Below are positions 38,641 to 48,869 of a stretch of DNA of 64,000 nt, piece by piece (position 1 is the first letter of the stretch; each line of letters begins with the position of its first letter). The position numbers were made by a program, and so were the translations under genes. The stretch lies in IMG/VR virus record IMGVR_UViG_3300021963_007958. One strand, written 5' to 3'. The notes under the pieces are model-generated. The model was not told where the DNA came from. It made no database searches and saw only the letters and a program-made list of their open reading frames with translations. The stretch comes from a virus.

Positions 38641-39185
38641 AAGAATTTTTCTATAAAATTGTCGATATTGTCGGACCACATATTCATCGCATTATCTCTA
38701 ATTTTTTGTTCCTCCCAGTTCCACCAAGCAATTGATAAAAGTTTTTCAATTTGTTCTTCAGTGAATCTATACTTAACAATTTTAGCAGGATTACCTGCAA
38801 CAATTGCATAAGGGGGAACGTCTTTGGTAACAACAGAGCCCGCAGCAACAACTGCACCATTTGAAATTTTAACCCCCGACATTATTGTGGCGGTCGCCCC
38901 AATCCAAACGTCGTTTTCGATAATTATATCACCTTTACAAGATGGGTGTCCCATATCCATGTGCATCTGAGCAATCTCATGATTTACTGGTCCCCAAAGC
39001 TGGGATGAAGTTGTGATCCAATCGGGTCTATGGTTTGCATGCAAAAAGAAATTACAATCTCTACCTATTGAGTTGTACTTACCTATTCTGACGTGATATT
39101 GGTCGCTCCATGATATTATATTAACGTTTCTATCGAAATATGTTCCTCTATCGGAGTGCCACAAATGTATGTTTTCTATACTCAT
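38637..39185 (-). CDS. CatB/Vat-related hexapeptide O-acetyltransferase
   Basis: [36 protein letters not shown]. Confidence 0.88.
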   Translation of the reverse strand: MSIENIHLWHSDRGTYFDRNVNIISWSDQYHVRIGKYNSIGRDCNFFLHANHRPDWITTSSQLWGPVNHEIAQMHMDMGHPSCKGDIIIENDVWIGATATIMSGVKISNGAVVAAGSVVTKDVPPYAIVAGNPAKIVKYRFTEEQIEKLLSIAWWNWEEQKIRDNAMNMWSDNIDNFIEKFL

Positions 39186-39187
39186 GA

Positions 39188-40183
39188 CTAAAAAGATTCT
39201 TTGTGTCTAAAACTGATTTTTTTAAAAATTTCTATTTCTTCTTCTGTATCCAAGCTAAATTTATCTTTAACTTCTTCGTCTTCAATAACTAATATACGTT
39301 TGATATCTTTAATATCACCTAAGTCTACTATCCTCCAGTGATCGAGCATAGTTAAGGGAACATTAACTACCTTCTCGTCATTGATGATGATATTGTACTT
39401 AACCCCTTTTTCTTTTTTGGTATTCCAAATTATGAAACCAACAGTGTCCTCCAATTGATCATAAAAAGGAACCCCCCAGGGAATGAATTTAACTCCAACC
39501 TGACCATCTACAATTCCAAATTTGTTACAATCTGTGTTTAAACTAATCCTGGATTTTTTGTACACCTTTCCCATTTGTTCTATGAGTCTCTGTAGCATCA
39601 ATTCCGGAGATTTCGATTCTGAATTACGAATCATATCCTTTATTTTTTCCTCATCTAGTATAATCAAAAAAGGATTAATATTAGGGACAAAATAAGACTG
39701 AAAACTGCCAAATAAGATGTCGTCAACTGTATCTTGACTGTCTATATAAATCACAGAGTTATGCTCACCAAGTAGCTGAGAGTTATGTACAAATTCATCA
39801 ACACTAGAGATTTCGCAATCATACTCGATGTGATGAACTTTGCTATAGCCCATATTTTTAGCCATCGAAAATCCCATAATCATCATTCTCCAGATGGCCA
39901 GGTGTGTGTTCTTTCTGCTTAAAAACGAAGACTGAATTCTTCTCTCGTCGTTGGGATTAAACCAGGGCTGATTTAATAGATCCCAGTCGGTTAAGATTTC
40001 GTTTTTGCTGTCATAAAAGCAATAATTAACTTTTTTCTGGATGTCCAGAGGAACGGGGGTATGGCTAACAATTAAAGTATCGAAAGTATCTTTAAACCTT
40101 GTTAGAGAATTTACTAAATTTCTTAAAATAATTTCTCGATGTTCATCGGGACAGTATGTAGTAATTAAAATTAAGTCCTTCAT
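39188..40183 (-). CDS. putative GT-A-like glycosyltransferase (paralog of 37666..38640)
   Basis: MKDLILI, IVSHT.VP.DIQ, LAIWRM, HHIEYD, LFGSFQ. Confidence 0.5.
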   Translation of the reverse strand: MKDLILITTYCPDEHREIILRNLVNSLTRFKDTFDTLIVSHTPVPLDIQKKVNYCFYDSKNEILTDWDLLNQPWFNPNDERRIQSSFLSRKNTHLAIWRMMIMGFSMAKNMGYSKVHHIEYDCEISSVDEFVHNSQLLGEHNSVIYIDSQDTVDDILFGSFQSYFVPNINPFLIILDEEKIKDMIRNSESKSPELMLQRLIEQMGKVYKKSRISLNTDCNKFGIVDGQVGVKFIPWGVPFYDQLEDTVGFIIWNTKKEKGVKYNIIINDEKVVNVPLTMLDHWRIVDLGDIKDIKRILVIEDEEVKDKFSLDTEEEIEIFKKISFRHKESF

Positions 40184-40761
40184 TTCTTAATTTTTTTACT
40201 CGGTACCCCCACATAGATACCAGGCCTAGTTATGTCCTTTACAACTGCTGAATTCATCCCTATCTTAACAAGGGACACAATTTTAATTTTTTCCCTAATA
40301 TTTGAACAACTTCCCATATAAACAACATCTCCAATTGATACATTCCCACCAACAACAGAACCCGGCATAGCACTAAAAAAATCACCAATCTGGCAATCGT
40401 GCCCTATGTGATTACCTCTGTTCAATAGTGCGTGTTTACCCAATTTAATATTTGAAGTTAGTATCGAGTATGCACCGATAAAACTACCTTCTCCGATTTC
40501 AATATCGTTACTCATAATTAAAGCCGTTGGATGGATCCAAGTAAAATACTTTGTTTCTTTTGGTAATCTTTGTATTATATCAAACCTATCCTTTGAATCA
40601 GCAACTGCAACCATTAAAACATATTTTTTCGGATTGAATTTTGATAATGGTTGTGTTCCTTCAACTACATACTCATCGTCCACAAAACAAGTAAGTTTTA
40701 CCCCCATCTGAGCCATAACCTCACGGGCGTGACCTCCATAGCCAACTAAAGCTTTTTTCAT
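40180..40761 (-). CDS. NeuD/PglD-family sugar acetyltransferase
   Basis: GYGGHAREV, IHPTA, IGHDC, hexapeptide repeats, GVP. Confidence 0.88.
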   Translation of the reverse strand: MKKALVGYGGHAREVMAQMGVKLTCFVDDEYVVEGTQPLSKFNPKKYVLMVAVADSKDRFDIIQRLPKETKYFTWIHPTALIMSNDIEIGEGSFIGAYSILTSNIKLGKHALLNRGNHIGHDCQIGDFFSAMPGSVVGGNVSIGDVVYMGSCSNIREKIKIVSLVKIGMNSAVVKDITRPGIYVGVPSKKIKK

Positions 40762-41402
40762 TTTTTGTATACATCAAATTGAGATAGATCCGGGTATGGT
40801 AATTCTAAATCTTGGTTGTGTTTCTTAGTCCCATCAAGATTATAGAATTGATTCATTAGTAATAATCCTCTTGTTGCAAGTTCTGGCATCATATAAAAAT
40901 TCCAACCTAACATATCAAGGTTATCATCATGATATGAACATTCACGTCTTCCACTATATCTTGCTCTTTTAAACCAATGGTAAGCATCTAAACTATCAGT
41001 CAAAATCGCCCCGCCTTTACTTAATTTAAAATGTTTATATGGACCGGTAAAAGAAACACACATGTGACTACCTGGTCTATACATGTCCGCAGTAAACGAC
41101 AAAGCAGAATCCCAAACATTTGAACCGATTAGCTGGTACGCTCCTTTTATTGTTCTACCTTCAACGGGTATGAAATTTACTTTTAAACCAGCATGTATAA
41201 TTTCACACGGAACAGATGGATATGTTCTATTCGGGATTGAAATTTTATCTCCCTTGATTGACTTAACTATATTTTTTTCATAGTACAACGCCAAGAATAA
41301 AGCGTTACTCATGTTATCAAGGGTGACAACATAAGGTGCTCCTGTGTATCTTCCAAGTTCTTTTTCAAAATCGTCTGTTATCTGATAAACTCCGTTAGCC
41401 AT
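40758..41402 (-). CDS. DegT/DnrJ/EryC1-family PLP aminotransferase (short form)
   Basis: FEKEL, SNALFLAL, WDSA, SF..YKH...KGGAIL, GWNFYM. Confidence 0.8.
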   Translation of the reverse strand: MANGVYQITDDFEKELGRYTGAPYVVTLDNMSNALFLALYYEKNIVKSIKGDKISIPNRTYPSVPCEIIHAGLKVNFIPVEGRTIKGAYQLIGSNVWDSALSFTADMYRPGSHMCVSFTGPYKHFKLSKGGAILTDSLDAYHWFKRARYSGRRECSYHDDNLDMLGWNFYMMPELATRGLLLMNQFYNLDGTKKHNQDLELPYPDLSQFDVYKK

Positions 41403-41414
41403 ATATCTTTAATA

Positions 41415-42143
41415 TTAATTTCTATTATCTATGTGGATTATAACCTGTCGGTAATACTCCAAAAAATGATCATTCCACAAATCCCACTTTATGTCAATAT
41501 TATCTACTGAATAAATTTCGTAATTCTGAAATTTGGATAAAAAACCGTCCCTGAACTGTCTAAATTTTTCAATGTAGTTGTGTCCCTGTAGTTGTAGATG
41601 CCACTCCCCTGTAATTTTTTTAACATTTGATTTAATCCAATCTAGATTTTCTAAAGTAAATATATCAAATTCTCCCCCTTCACAATCCGTTTTTAGAAAA
41701 TCAATTTTTTCAATCCCGTATAGATTGATAAACTTTTGAAAAGTAATTGACTCCATTTGGGCTTCACCCCCAAATAAGTGGTCATTCCCAACTATAGAAT
41801 TTACACTAGAAATTCCCTTTGGGATTGGTACTACCGGGTAACCTTTGGTGTTATTAACCAGAGTTTTAAACTCCCGTTCGCTTGGTTCGAAACAAAATAT
41901 CTGTTTAGGGTTTTTATGCAATACTGAATATGCAAAAGGTCCTACGCTTGCTCCTATATCGAGAACAACATCTCCTTCCTCTACTTCGAAGAATTTTTCG
42001 TAGCACTTATCTACAAATATTTCCTGTATGATCGAGTCTTTATGATATTGTCCCATCCCTTTATGTGAACCATCGGACATTATATGGTAGGTGTCAGAGG
42101 GCTCGTCCATCCAACCCCAATTGAAATTTGTTAAGTCTATCAT
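41415..42143 (-). CDS. FkbM family methyltransferase
   Basis: VLDIGASVG, FEP, IDFLKTDCEGGE, GEWH. Confidence 0.88.
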   Translation of the reverse strand: MIDLTNFNWGWMDEPSDTYHIMSDGSHKGMGQYHKDSIIQEIFVDKCYEKFFEVEEGDVVLDIGASVGPFAYSVLHKNPKQIFCFEPSEREFKTLVNNTKGYPVVPIPKGISSVNSIVGNDHLFGGEAQMESITFQKFINLYGIEKIDFLKTDCEGGEFDIFTLENLDWIKSNVKKITGEWHLQLQGHNYIEKFRQFRDGFLSKFQNYEIYSVDNIDIKWDLWNDHFLEYYRQVIIHIDNRN

Positions 42144-44449
42144 TTTGGTAAAGCATTAAATACTGTTAGTGGGGATATAGATTTTGAACAGATGTGTTGT
42201 TTATCTGTTCCTTTCCAAATTGGACACCAGTCCCAATCTCCTGCATCAAATATAAAGTTAATGTTTGCCCAGCAAGAATTGCATGCGTGTTCATTTTGAA
42301 TTCTTGTGATGTTTGTTCCAAACTCATGATCTTTTGCGGTGAATCCACTGATCATAACCGTATGCTTTCCTAGGGACCAATTGATCCAAGCTAAACCGGA
42401 ACTTAATCCTATGAGATATTCTGCATGGAATAGAATATTGAAAGAGTCTTCCAGGGATTTACCATGGACACATTTTGCATTTTTAAGGGTATATGGTTTA
42501 TGGGTTAGACATACTACTTCATATCCCTCTTCCACCAACATGTTTGTTAATATTTGCCATCCTTCGTAAGTCCACTCTTTACATCCTGCCGTTGATTCGG
42601 GGGCAATCACAATGTATTTGTTTTGATATGGTTTATCCTTTGGATTGAATTTAATTCCGTAATTTCTTTCTACAAAATCCAATCCTAAAATATCACTTGC
42701 TGTTTTTTGTAATGGTTGAGAGTTCAAAGGATAGGGGTAAGAATCAAACTTATCCCATCTATTTTTATCCGAACGAAACCATCCAACCCTGTAAATTGAA
42801 TCACAATGAGTCTTTTGTCCTGGGCTGATAAATTCAATATCCGAGTAATCTTTGACTCCTTCAAACCAGTTGTTATGAAATGTCGATAAGATTACCTTAC
42901 ATCCATTCTTCTTCGAGAAATCAACAACATAAGGTGCCCATGCTAAGGTGTCCCCAATCGATTTAGACTCAAAAGAGATCAAAACCCTTTTGTTTTTAAG
43001 GGTGAACGTGTCAATAACTTTCCCGTTAACTTTTATAATCCAATCAATGTAATACTTCTTTGAACAAGAACACCACATATTATTAGTTATAGTTTGAGAA
43101 TGAAGAACTTTATCTGTTTTTGAATCGACAAATTCAATTAAATATGCGGCGTCATAATCCCCAAGAATCTCAACTTTTGGACCCTCGAAATAACTCACGT
43201 TGATTGAATTTGTATCTGAGTTTTTATTGTATTCATCGGAGCTGATTTTTTCCATAAAGGCATTAACTTTTTCCTGTCCTATTTTTGCAACAACCTCCCA
43301 TGAAAATTTGTCCCTTAAATCAGAACTTTCAATGACCGCCTTTTCTTTATAGGAATCATAATTCTCGTATACATCTCTCATGACTTCAGATAGATGTCCA
43401 AAATCAGGCTCGTAATAATTTCCTGGAAGTTCACTCATAGTGTACCTTCCATAGTTATTTTTATTTGCAGGTTTTTCTCCCAGAATTTTTACAGGTATTC
43501 CCTTTCCTTCCGCAAACTCCATCTGAGCGCAGCACTCGGAATAAATAGAAGGGGTTCCGCAAGCCATAGCTTCGATAAGTGGTAAATTCCACCCTTCAGA
43601 TCTTGCACAGGAAACAAATACGTGGCCGGTCTTAAGATACTTGATATAATCCTCCCTCGATGGAAAATGTATAATTTTAATCCGGGGGTCGATTAATCCA
43701 TAATTTTGTAAACGTTCTTCGGTCGTCTTAAATCCATCCATTTCTTCACCCCACATGTTATCAATAGACACAATCAAGTCAATAGGTTCTTCAGGGGAGA
43801 AAGTACTAAGAAAGGTTTCAATAATTTCTTTAGTCGATTTTCTATAGTCCCAACGACCCATAAGGAGAAATTTAAATCTATCGTCTCTATATTCTTCAAG
43901 CGGTTCAACCTTTTCCGGGTAAAATGTATGCACATCCACACCTTCGGGGACAACTTTAACTTTATCTGGGTCGGCACCTTGTTCAATAGTACATTCTCTT
44001 TGCCATTTACTCGGAACCCAAATCTCATCAAATTTCAATAGCTGGTTAAAAAAATCATCAGGCTGCCTTGTTGACTCCCATACGTTATATGCAATCTTTG
44101 GACCAATATACTTATCATAATAGAGATGATGATTAGTCTCATTTAACACAATATTAAAGTCTGGTCTAAATTCTTTTTCGGGGGATTCATAAATCTTAAA
44201 ATCCTCCATTTTGCCATCTGCAACCCACAGTCTTTGTTGGTACAACAAAGATTTATCAACCTCGTTTAAATAAGGTTCTCCATCGTGGGGAGTGCTATTC
44301 AGTCCATTCCATGAATTGCCTACGGTAAAATTTCTAACTTTAATTTCCGAATACTTTGAAAGTTCTCTGAAGAAATCCCGGGTGTGATTATTGTACCCGG
44401 TAGTTCCAATATAAGAACCATGTGCATAAATTTTAATCCTATTCTTCAT
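42140..44449 (-). CDS. GT4 glycosyltransferase fused to Aah/TibC-like protein O-heptosyltransferase
   Basis: GT4: VPSKW, GRWDYRK, RSEGWNLPLIEAMACG; TibC-like: SKKYY, SIGDTLAW, PLQKTASDILG, SSGLAW, MISGF, CNSCW..CP..C. Confidence 0.85.
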   Translation of the reverse strand: MKNRIKIYAHGSYIGTTGYNNHTRDFFRELSKYSEIKVRNFTVGNSWNGLNSTPHDGEPYLNEVDKSLLYQQRLWVADGKMEDFKIYESPEKEFRPDFNIVLNETNHHLYYDKYIGPKIAYNVWESTRQPDDFFNQLLKFDEIWVPSKWQRECTIEQGADPDKVKVVPEGVDVHTFYPEKVEPLEEYRDDRFKFLLMGRWDYRKSTKEIIETFLSTFSPEEPIDLIVSIDNMWGEEMDGFKTTEERLQNYGLIDPRIKIIHFPSREDYIKYLKTGHVFVSCARSEGWNLPLIEAMACGTPSIYSECCAQMEFAEGKGIPVKILGEKPANKNNYGRYTMSELPGNYYEPDFGHLSEVMRDVYENYDSYKEKAVIESSDLRDKFSWEVVAKIGQEKVNAFMEKISSDEYNKNSDTNSINVSYFEGPKVEILGDYDAAYLIEFVDSKTDKVLHSQTITNNMWCSCSKKYYIDWIIKVNGKVIDTFTLKNKRVLISFESKSIGDTLAWAPYVVDFSKKNGCKVILSTFHNNWFEGVKDYSDIEFISPGQKTHCDSIYRVGWFRSDKNRWDKFDSYPYPLNSQPLQKTASDILGLDFVERNYGIKFNPKDKPYQNKYIVIAPESTAGCKEWTYEGWQILTNMLVEEGYEVVCLTHKPYTLKNAKCVHGKSLEDSFNILFHAEYLIGLSSGLAWINWSLGKHTVMISGFTAKDHEFGTNITRIQNEHACNSCWANINFIFDAGDWDWCPIWKGTDKQHICSKSISPLTVFNALPK

Positions 44450-44457
44450 AGGGAAAA

Positions 44458-44736
44458 TTACTTCTGTTTAGGAGTGTATATTCCGGTACCAAAGTCCAAA
44501 TCTCCCTCACCATATTTGGATGTAATCTCCTGGACTACTCTAGTTTCTTCCATGCTTAGATCTTCGGAAACCGAGTAAGCTTGATCTAGATCCCCGAGAA
44601 TCTGATCTAAATCTAACTGAGTAAAATGTCTTTTGATGTTAAGTCTTCCTATAGACTCGACGTTGGTCCTAATTCTTTCTCTAAGATCTAGTAGAGAGTT
44701 TAATTCTTCCTGTGAAATTTTTATCTGATCTGACAT
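44458..44736 (-). CDS. hypothetical coiled-coil protein
   Basis: ORF track; KYG.G..D..TG C-terminus. Confidence 0.65.
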   Translation of the reverse strand: MSDQIKISQEELNSLLDLRERIRTNVESIGRLNIKRHFTQLDLDQILGDLDQAYSVSEDLSMEETRVVQEITSKYGEGDLDFGTGIYTPKQK

Positions 44737-44790
44737 ATGAATACTTTTTTATCTTTATTCATATAGAAAAATCGGTAGATAGTTTCAACA

Positions 44791-44816
44791 AAAAAGCTCA
44801 GATTTCTGAGCTTTTT
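44791..44816. terminator. intrinsic terminator
   Basis: AAAAAGCTCAGA-tt-TCTGAGCTTTTT. Confidence 0.75.
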
Positions 44817-44839
44817 AAAATATTTTTTGACGATTCATT

Positions 44840-45169
44840 TTACCATCCGGTGAGAATAGTTCTCTTCCAAGTGTCTGTTCCAACACAAACATAAAGCCAG
44901 TCTGAGTCGAGAGCCAATTGCCCAGTTGCTCCAGTGGCTCCTGAAGATCCTGGCGGGATGTCAGTAACTAAATAAGTTCCGGTTGGACCTACCGGTCCAG
45001 TGGGTCCAGTTCCCCCAAAATATTCTAAGTTAATCCAAGGAGTCTGTCCGTCTCCGATCTTTGCATATCCCGTATTTAGCTCGTAACCAAATTCTCCTTG
45101 CAGAAGGATAGGATTATTTGAAGTCCAGTTGGACGATGTGTCTCTTCTAATTTGTATTCTATATGCCAT
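44840..45169 (-). CDS. small fiber-like protein (Mtd/hyaluronidase N-terminal domain + short collagen-like stretch)
   Basis: IQIRRDT..NW...NP.L..GE.GYE..T...KIGDG..W; GPTGPVGPTG; YVCV....WKR. Confidence 0.75.
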   Translation of the reverse strand: MAYRIQIRRDTSSNWTSNNPILLQGEFGYELNTGYAKIGDGQTPWINLEYFGGTGPTGPVGPTGTYLVTDIPPGSSGATGATGQLALDSDWLYVCVGTDTWKRTILTGW

Positions 45170-45171
45170 TT

Positions 45172-45486
45172 TTACAATTGATTTAGTAATCTTGTCTGAG
45201 TTGGAAATTCTCCCCCGATGATAGGGCCATAGAACTGAGCAGTTCCGTCTTCCGATGTTCCTCCATCCAAGATGTCTCTAAAATTATTTTCCACTGAGAT
45301 CTGCTTAGTCCAAAAATTTCCAAAAGTCGAATAATTTCTAGTCTCAGTTCTTGCGGACTTCTTGACATAGTTATTTTCGGTTCCAATAAAATAGAGGGTG
45401 TCAGAAGTCTGGCTGCTGGATCCATCAATGATCCTAACAGAGAGTCCCGGTTCTAATATTGGGTTATTTGGAAAATTATTAGCCAT
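45172..45486 (-). CDS. hypothetical late protein
   Basis: ORF with late motif at 45507-45514. Confidence 0.55.
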   Translation of the reverse strand: MANNFPNNPILEPGLSVRIIDGSSSQTSDTLYFIGTENNYVKKSARTETRNYSTFGNFWTKQISVENNFRDILDGGTSEDGTAQFYGPIIGGEFPTQTRLLNQL

Positions 45487-45538
45487 AATACAATTCAGTA
45501 TTTTTCTATATATTCAATCTTTCAAGAAAAATCCAGGA

Positions 45539-46288
45539 CTAAAATAAACTAGAATTACCCGGCAAATTTGTCTGTTCGTCTGTCGATATCTTTAATCTAA
45601 TTCCAGCCTGCATTAAATTTCCTCTAAATCTTTCCGTCTCGAGATCTTTTTGAGGATAGTAAGTTTCAACTGCAACACTAAATGTGGTTTCTATCCATTT
45701 TTGGGTGTTTTGGTAGCTAAACTCTAATTGCTTATCATTTTGATATTGCTCGGGAAATCCAACTTGAACTGGAACTCTCATCCCTCCAAATTCGACACTG
45801 AAGCTGAAAACCTTATAGAAAACTTGGATTACTGCCTGAAATATTTTAAAAGTATCTAAAAGTGTATCTGCCCTTAGCTTAACATCGAAAGTCATCGAGA
45901 GCGGAATAGAAGTTGTGTATGCAGAATATGCTTTCATCTGGCCCTGGACATCCTCCACGTTATATGTTGCTCTAACAAATCCGCTAGTTAGAGATGCAGT
46001 CTCAATATTAACTCCAGTTAGTGTAACAATTCCTCGGGGAATAATATCATAGTTCCCCTCTGCAAATGGGGACTGTCCATCGCAGTCTAAATAGTCAAGG
46101 TAAAAGTCCTGAAGGAAAGTCTCGTCCCCTGACATCGAGTAAAAGAATGGGATGTAGACCTGGAGAATTTGCTGTTGTTGATTGATCTGAGTATATGTAA
46201 CCCTCTCGTTTAAATTCCTCAGCAGACCAACGATTATTCCTCTTAAGAATACCTCATCAACGTTATATTTTTCTAAAAATCCTGACAT
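45539..46288 (-). CDS. gp15: tail sheath stabilizer/terminator (gp15-like)
   Basis: IPFFY, IPRG, IPLSMTFDV pattern; ATG at 46288 follows upstream stop. Confidence 0.7.
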   Translation of the reverse strand: MSGFLEKYNVDEVFLRGIIVGLLRNLNERVTYTQINQQQQILQVYIPFFYSMSGDETFLQDFYLDYLDCDGQSPFAEGNYDIIPRGIVTLTGVNIETASLTSGFVRATYNVEDVQGQMKAYSAYTTSIPLSMTFDVKLRADTLLDTFKIFQAVIQVFYKVFSFSVEFGGMRVPVQVGFPEQYQNDKQLEFSYQNTQKWIETTFSVAVETYYPQKDLETERFRGNLMQAGIRLKISTDEQTNLPGNSSLF

Positions 46289-46289
46289 A

Positions 46290-47162
46290 TTATGATACAA
46301 TTACAAAGTTTGTTTTAGTGATGCTAGATGACCCGTTTGCATTAGTTGCAGTTAGTGTAACGGTATAAGAACCAGTTGCTCCAAAAGAGACTAGGGGATT
46401 TTGAGCTGTTGCTCCAGTTGCACCTGCACATGCTCCAGTTCCTCCAAAGTTCCAAGACCAAGATGTTGGTTGTACTGTGGTTGGGGTTCGAACGGAAAGA
46501 TCCAAAAATCCGACAGTTCCTCCCAATGAAATTGCAGTCCCCCCAGTCTGTCCAAAATAAGTGGAGAAATTTGGATAAGGAGGCATAGGAAGCATTCCTT
46601 TTTGAGTTTGAACTCCGGAGGGGGTAAGTGGAAAATTCGGAGCCCCTATTGGAACATTATCGAGCCTTCCTGGAATAGTTTGAACTATAACAGGAACTTC
46701 TGCATATCTAAAATACAATGGAGTGTTCTCCATTGTTGTATAAACTGGGTGCTGGAAAGAGTTATTCTCGTATTCGGTTTGGGTAAGACCGTAAACACTA
46801 TTCTGTTTCATTCCAAGTTGAGTTGCACAATCAGAAGAAGTAATTGGTCCTAAAGTTCTAACTACAACAAAAGAATAGAGTTTTTCATCTCCTGCTGGAA
46901 TATAAGTGTTCTCGTACTGGGCAAAGAAAATTGAGTAGGTCTGAACTGAAGTCTGAGCGTAGACCGGGTTTCCTTTAGAGTTGGTTTCCGGGACATATTC
47001 AGTAGCAACTACAGGAAGTGGTTTCAAATAACCAATTCCGAGAAGACCTTTACCTTGGGTGTTGGGTTCAACCATTGTAGCTTGAACAGCAGTAAGTCCT
47101 TTCTTCTTCAGATCGGACTTAGTTACTTGTAAATTTTGATTTCTGCTATATAGTGGCTTCAA
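46290..47162 (-). CDS. PKD-domain virion protein
   Basis: PTSWSWNFG...QNP...G.YTVTLTATN..GS; late motif at 47183-47190. Confidence 0.75.
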   Translation of the reverse strand: MKPLYSRNQNLQVTKSDLKKKGLTAVQATMVEPNTQGKGLLGIGYLKPLPVVATEYVPETNSKGNPVYAQTSVQTYSIFFAQYENTYIPAGDEKLYSFVVVRTLGPITSSDCATQLGMKQNSVYGLTQTEYENNSFQHPVYTTMENTPLYFRYAEVPVIVQTIPGRLDNVPIGAPNFPLTPSGVQTQKGMLPMPPYPNFSTYFGQTGGTAISLGGTVGFLDLSVRTPTTVQPTSWSWNFGGTGACAGATGATAQNPLVSFGATGSYTVTLTATNANGSSSITKTNFVIVS

Positions 47163-47204
47163 TGTTCCAGACTTATTTCCACTATATATCTGGATGGAAA
47201 GAAG

Positions 47205-48869
47205 TTAGAATTTGTCTATCGAAATAGAAGAGAAATTGTTTGCTTTAGCAACCTCTAACTTCCAGTCGAAGATCTCGTGTGGCATTGGAGCGTGGTTTAT
47301 AACAAAGATGTTCAACCCTAGTTCTTTACACACAGATCTTAAAATTCTTAGAATGGAGTGAACCCCATCGGGATCCACTGAGCTAAATAGCTCGTCTAAG
47401 AAGAGGAGGTTGATGCTACTGAACTTCATCTTCATTAGCTTCATGATAGCTATCAGAACCACAAAGTCGACTTTTTTCATTTCCCCTGTACTTAAAGTTT
47501 GAGTTGGAATTTCTACCCCCATGTGGTAGATTGTAGCATTAAATTCCTCGTCAAAGATTACTTGATAGTCCAAGTGCATCTTCCCAAGAAGTTCCAGGAT
47601 CTCAGAATTGAGAGATGGAAGGATAGTTTTAATTGCCATTTGTTTAACCCCTTTCTCCCCTAAAATTTCGTCTAGAGTTCTAAGCCAGTTATTCTTCTCT
47701 TGATTCTTGAAAGATTCCATTTCCATTTTTTCTCTTTCTCCTTGAAGATTGTCTACAATTCTCTGTAAAGACTGAAGCTGCTTATCATTAGAAGACTCGT
47801 TTAGAGACTTGAGGTCCCTTCTAATTTCACCTATCTTCATTTCAATTTTCTTACCCTTATCCATGATGTCTCTCTTGGTTGCAGACAAGTCCCTCTCCTT
47901 CTGTTTTAGATCTGACATTAGGGTGTTTGACTCCTCCAGCTGTCGAGAGACAGAAGATTGATCTGCAATTAGACCGTCTTTAATACAGTGGTGAAATTCA
48001 GAATCTAGAGAGGTCTGACAAGTTGGGCATTGGTCCAGTTCATAGAGTTTAATCTTCTTTTGAACTTCCTGAAGTTTAGTTCTAGATTCAATAACAAGTC
48101 TTTGGGTGTTAGTGATTTCCGAATTGAGTTCATTTTCAATCTCTCTAAACTCATCCGTCTTCTGATTATGAAGAACTTGTAGTCCCTCAAAAGTTTCTAG
48201 AGACTTCTGAAGTTCTTCCTTCTTAGATGAGGATTCCTCCTCAATCTGGTTGGCAAGGTTCTCCATCTCATTTAAGGAACTTTGGATCGTAGACTCAACA
48301 GAAGAAAGTCTTCCCCCTAAATTTTCCATAGACTCTCTGATCTTTCTATTTTCTTCCTTAAGAAGATCCCTCATTTGGTTAAGAACGTGGAATCCAAAGA
48401 TCTTGTCTATGATGCTTCTTTTGTCCTGTGAGGACATTTTGATAAAAGACTTAAAATCATTAATTGAAAGGGAGATCGTGTTGTTAAACACATAGTATGG
48501 AATTCCTAGAATGTCTTCTGATAGATAATCTTGAACTGATCTAACTCCAGCCTGATCATATTCAACCCCATTGATGTAGAGTCGAAATAAATTTGGTTCT
48601 AGTCCTCTCTCAACTACAATTTCTGAACCATTGGAATCTAGAGTTATTTTCACCCAAGCATTGCCGTTAATTCTATTTGGGATATCTTTAAGTTTTTTAC
48701 CTTCCAATTTCCCATAAAGTCCAAACGTAATAACTTGAGAGATGGAAGATTTTCCTGCACCGTTTTCTCCAACAACTTGATAAAGACAAGCTTCGTCTTC
48801 AAATTCTATTTCTTGTTTTCTGTTACCGTAAGAGGAGAAGTTTCTCCATTCAATCTTCTTAATTCTCAT
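47205..48869 (-). CDS. gp46: recombination ATPase (T4 gp46 / Rad50-SbcC)
   Basis: NFSSYGN, GENGAGKSS, CPTC hook, LSTGE, LFLDE, INH. Confidence 0.93.
   Translation of the reverse strand: MRIKKIEWRNFSSYGNRKQEIEFEDEACLYQVVGENGAGKSSISQVITFGLYGKLEGKKLKDIPNRINGNAWVKITLDSNGSEIVVERGLEPNLFRLYINGVEYDQAGVRSVQDYLSEDILGIPYYVFNNTISLSINDFKSFIKMSSQDKRSIIDKIFGFHVLNQMRDLLKEENRKIRESMENLGGRLSSVESTIQSSLNEMENLANQIEEESSSKKEELQKSLETFEGLQVLHNQKTDEFREIENELNSEITNTQRLVIESRTKLQEVQKKIKLYELDQCPTCQTSLDSEFHHCIKDGLIADQSSVSRQLEESNTLMSDLKQKERDLSATKRDIMDKGKKIEMKIGEIRRDLKSLNESSNDKQLQSLQRIVDNLQGEREKMEMESFKNQEKNNWLRTLDEILGEKGVKQMAIKTILPSLNSEILELLGKMHLDYQVIFDEEFNATIYHMGVEIPTQTLSTGEMKKVDFVVLIAIMKLMKMKFSSINLLFLDELFSSVDPDGVHSILRILRSVCKELGLNIFVINHAPMPHEIFDWKLEVAKANNFSSISIDKF

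Noticed and set aside
38637-39185. chloramphenicol/streptogramin resistance gene
   Set aside because: hexapeptide acetyltransferase embedded in a sugar-modification operon; sugar O-acetylation is more plausible
40758-41402. pseudogene (short DegT)
   Set aside because: clean start and stop, coupled to neighbours, retains the PLP-lysine region
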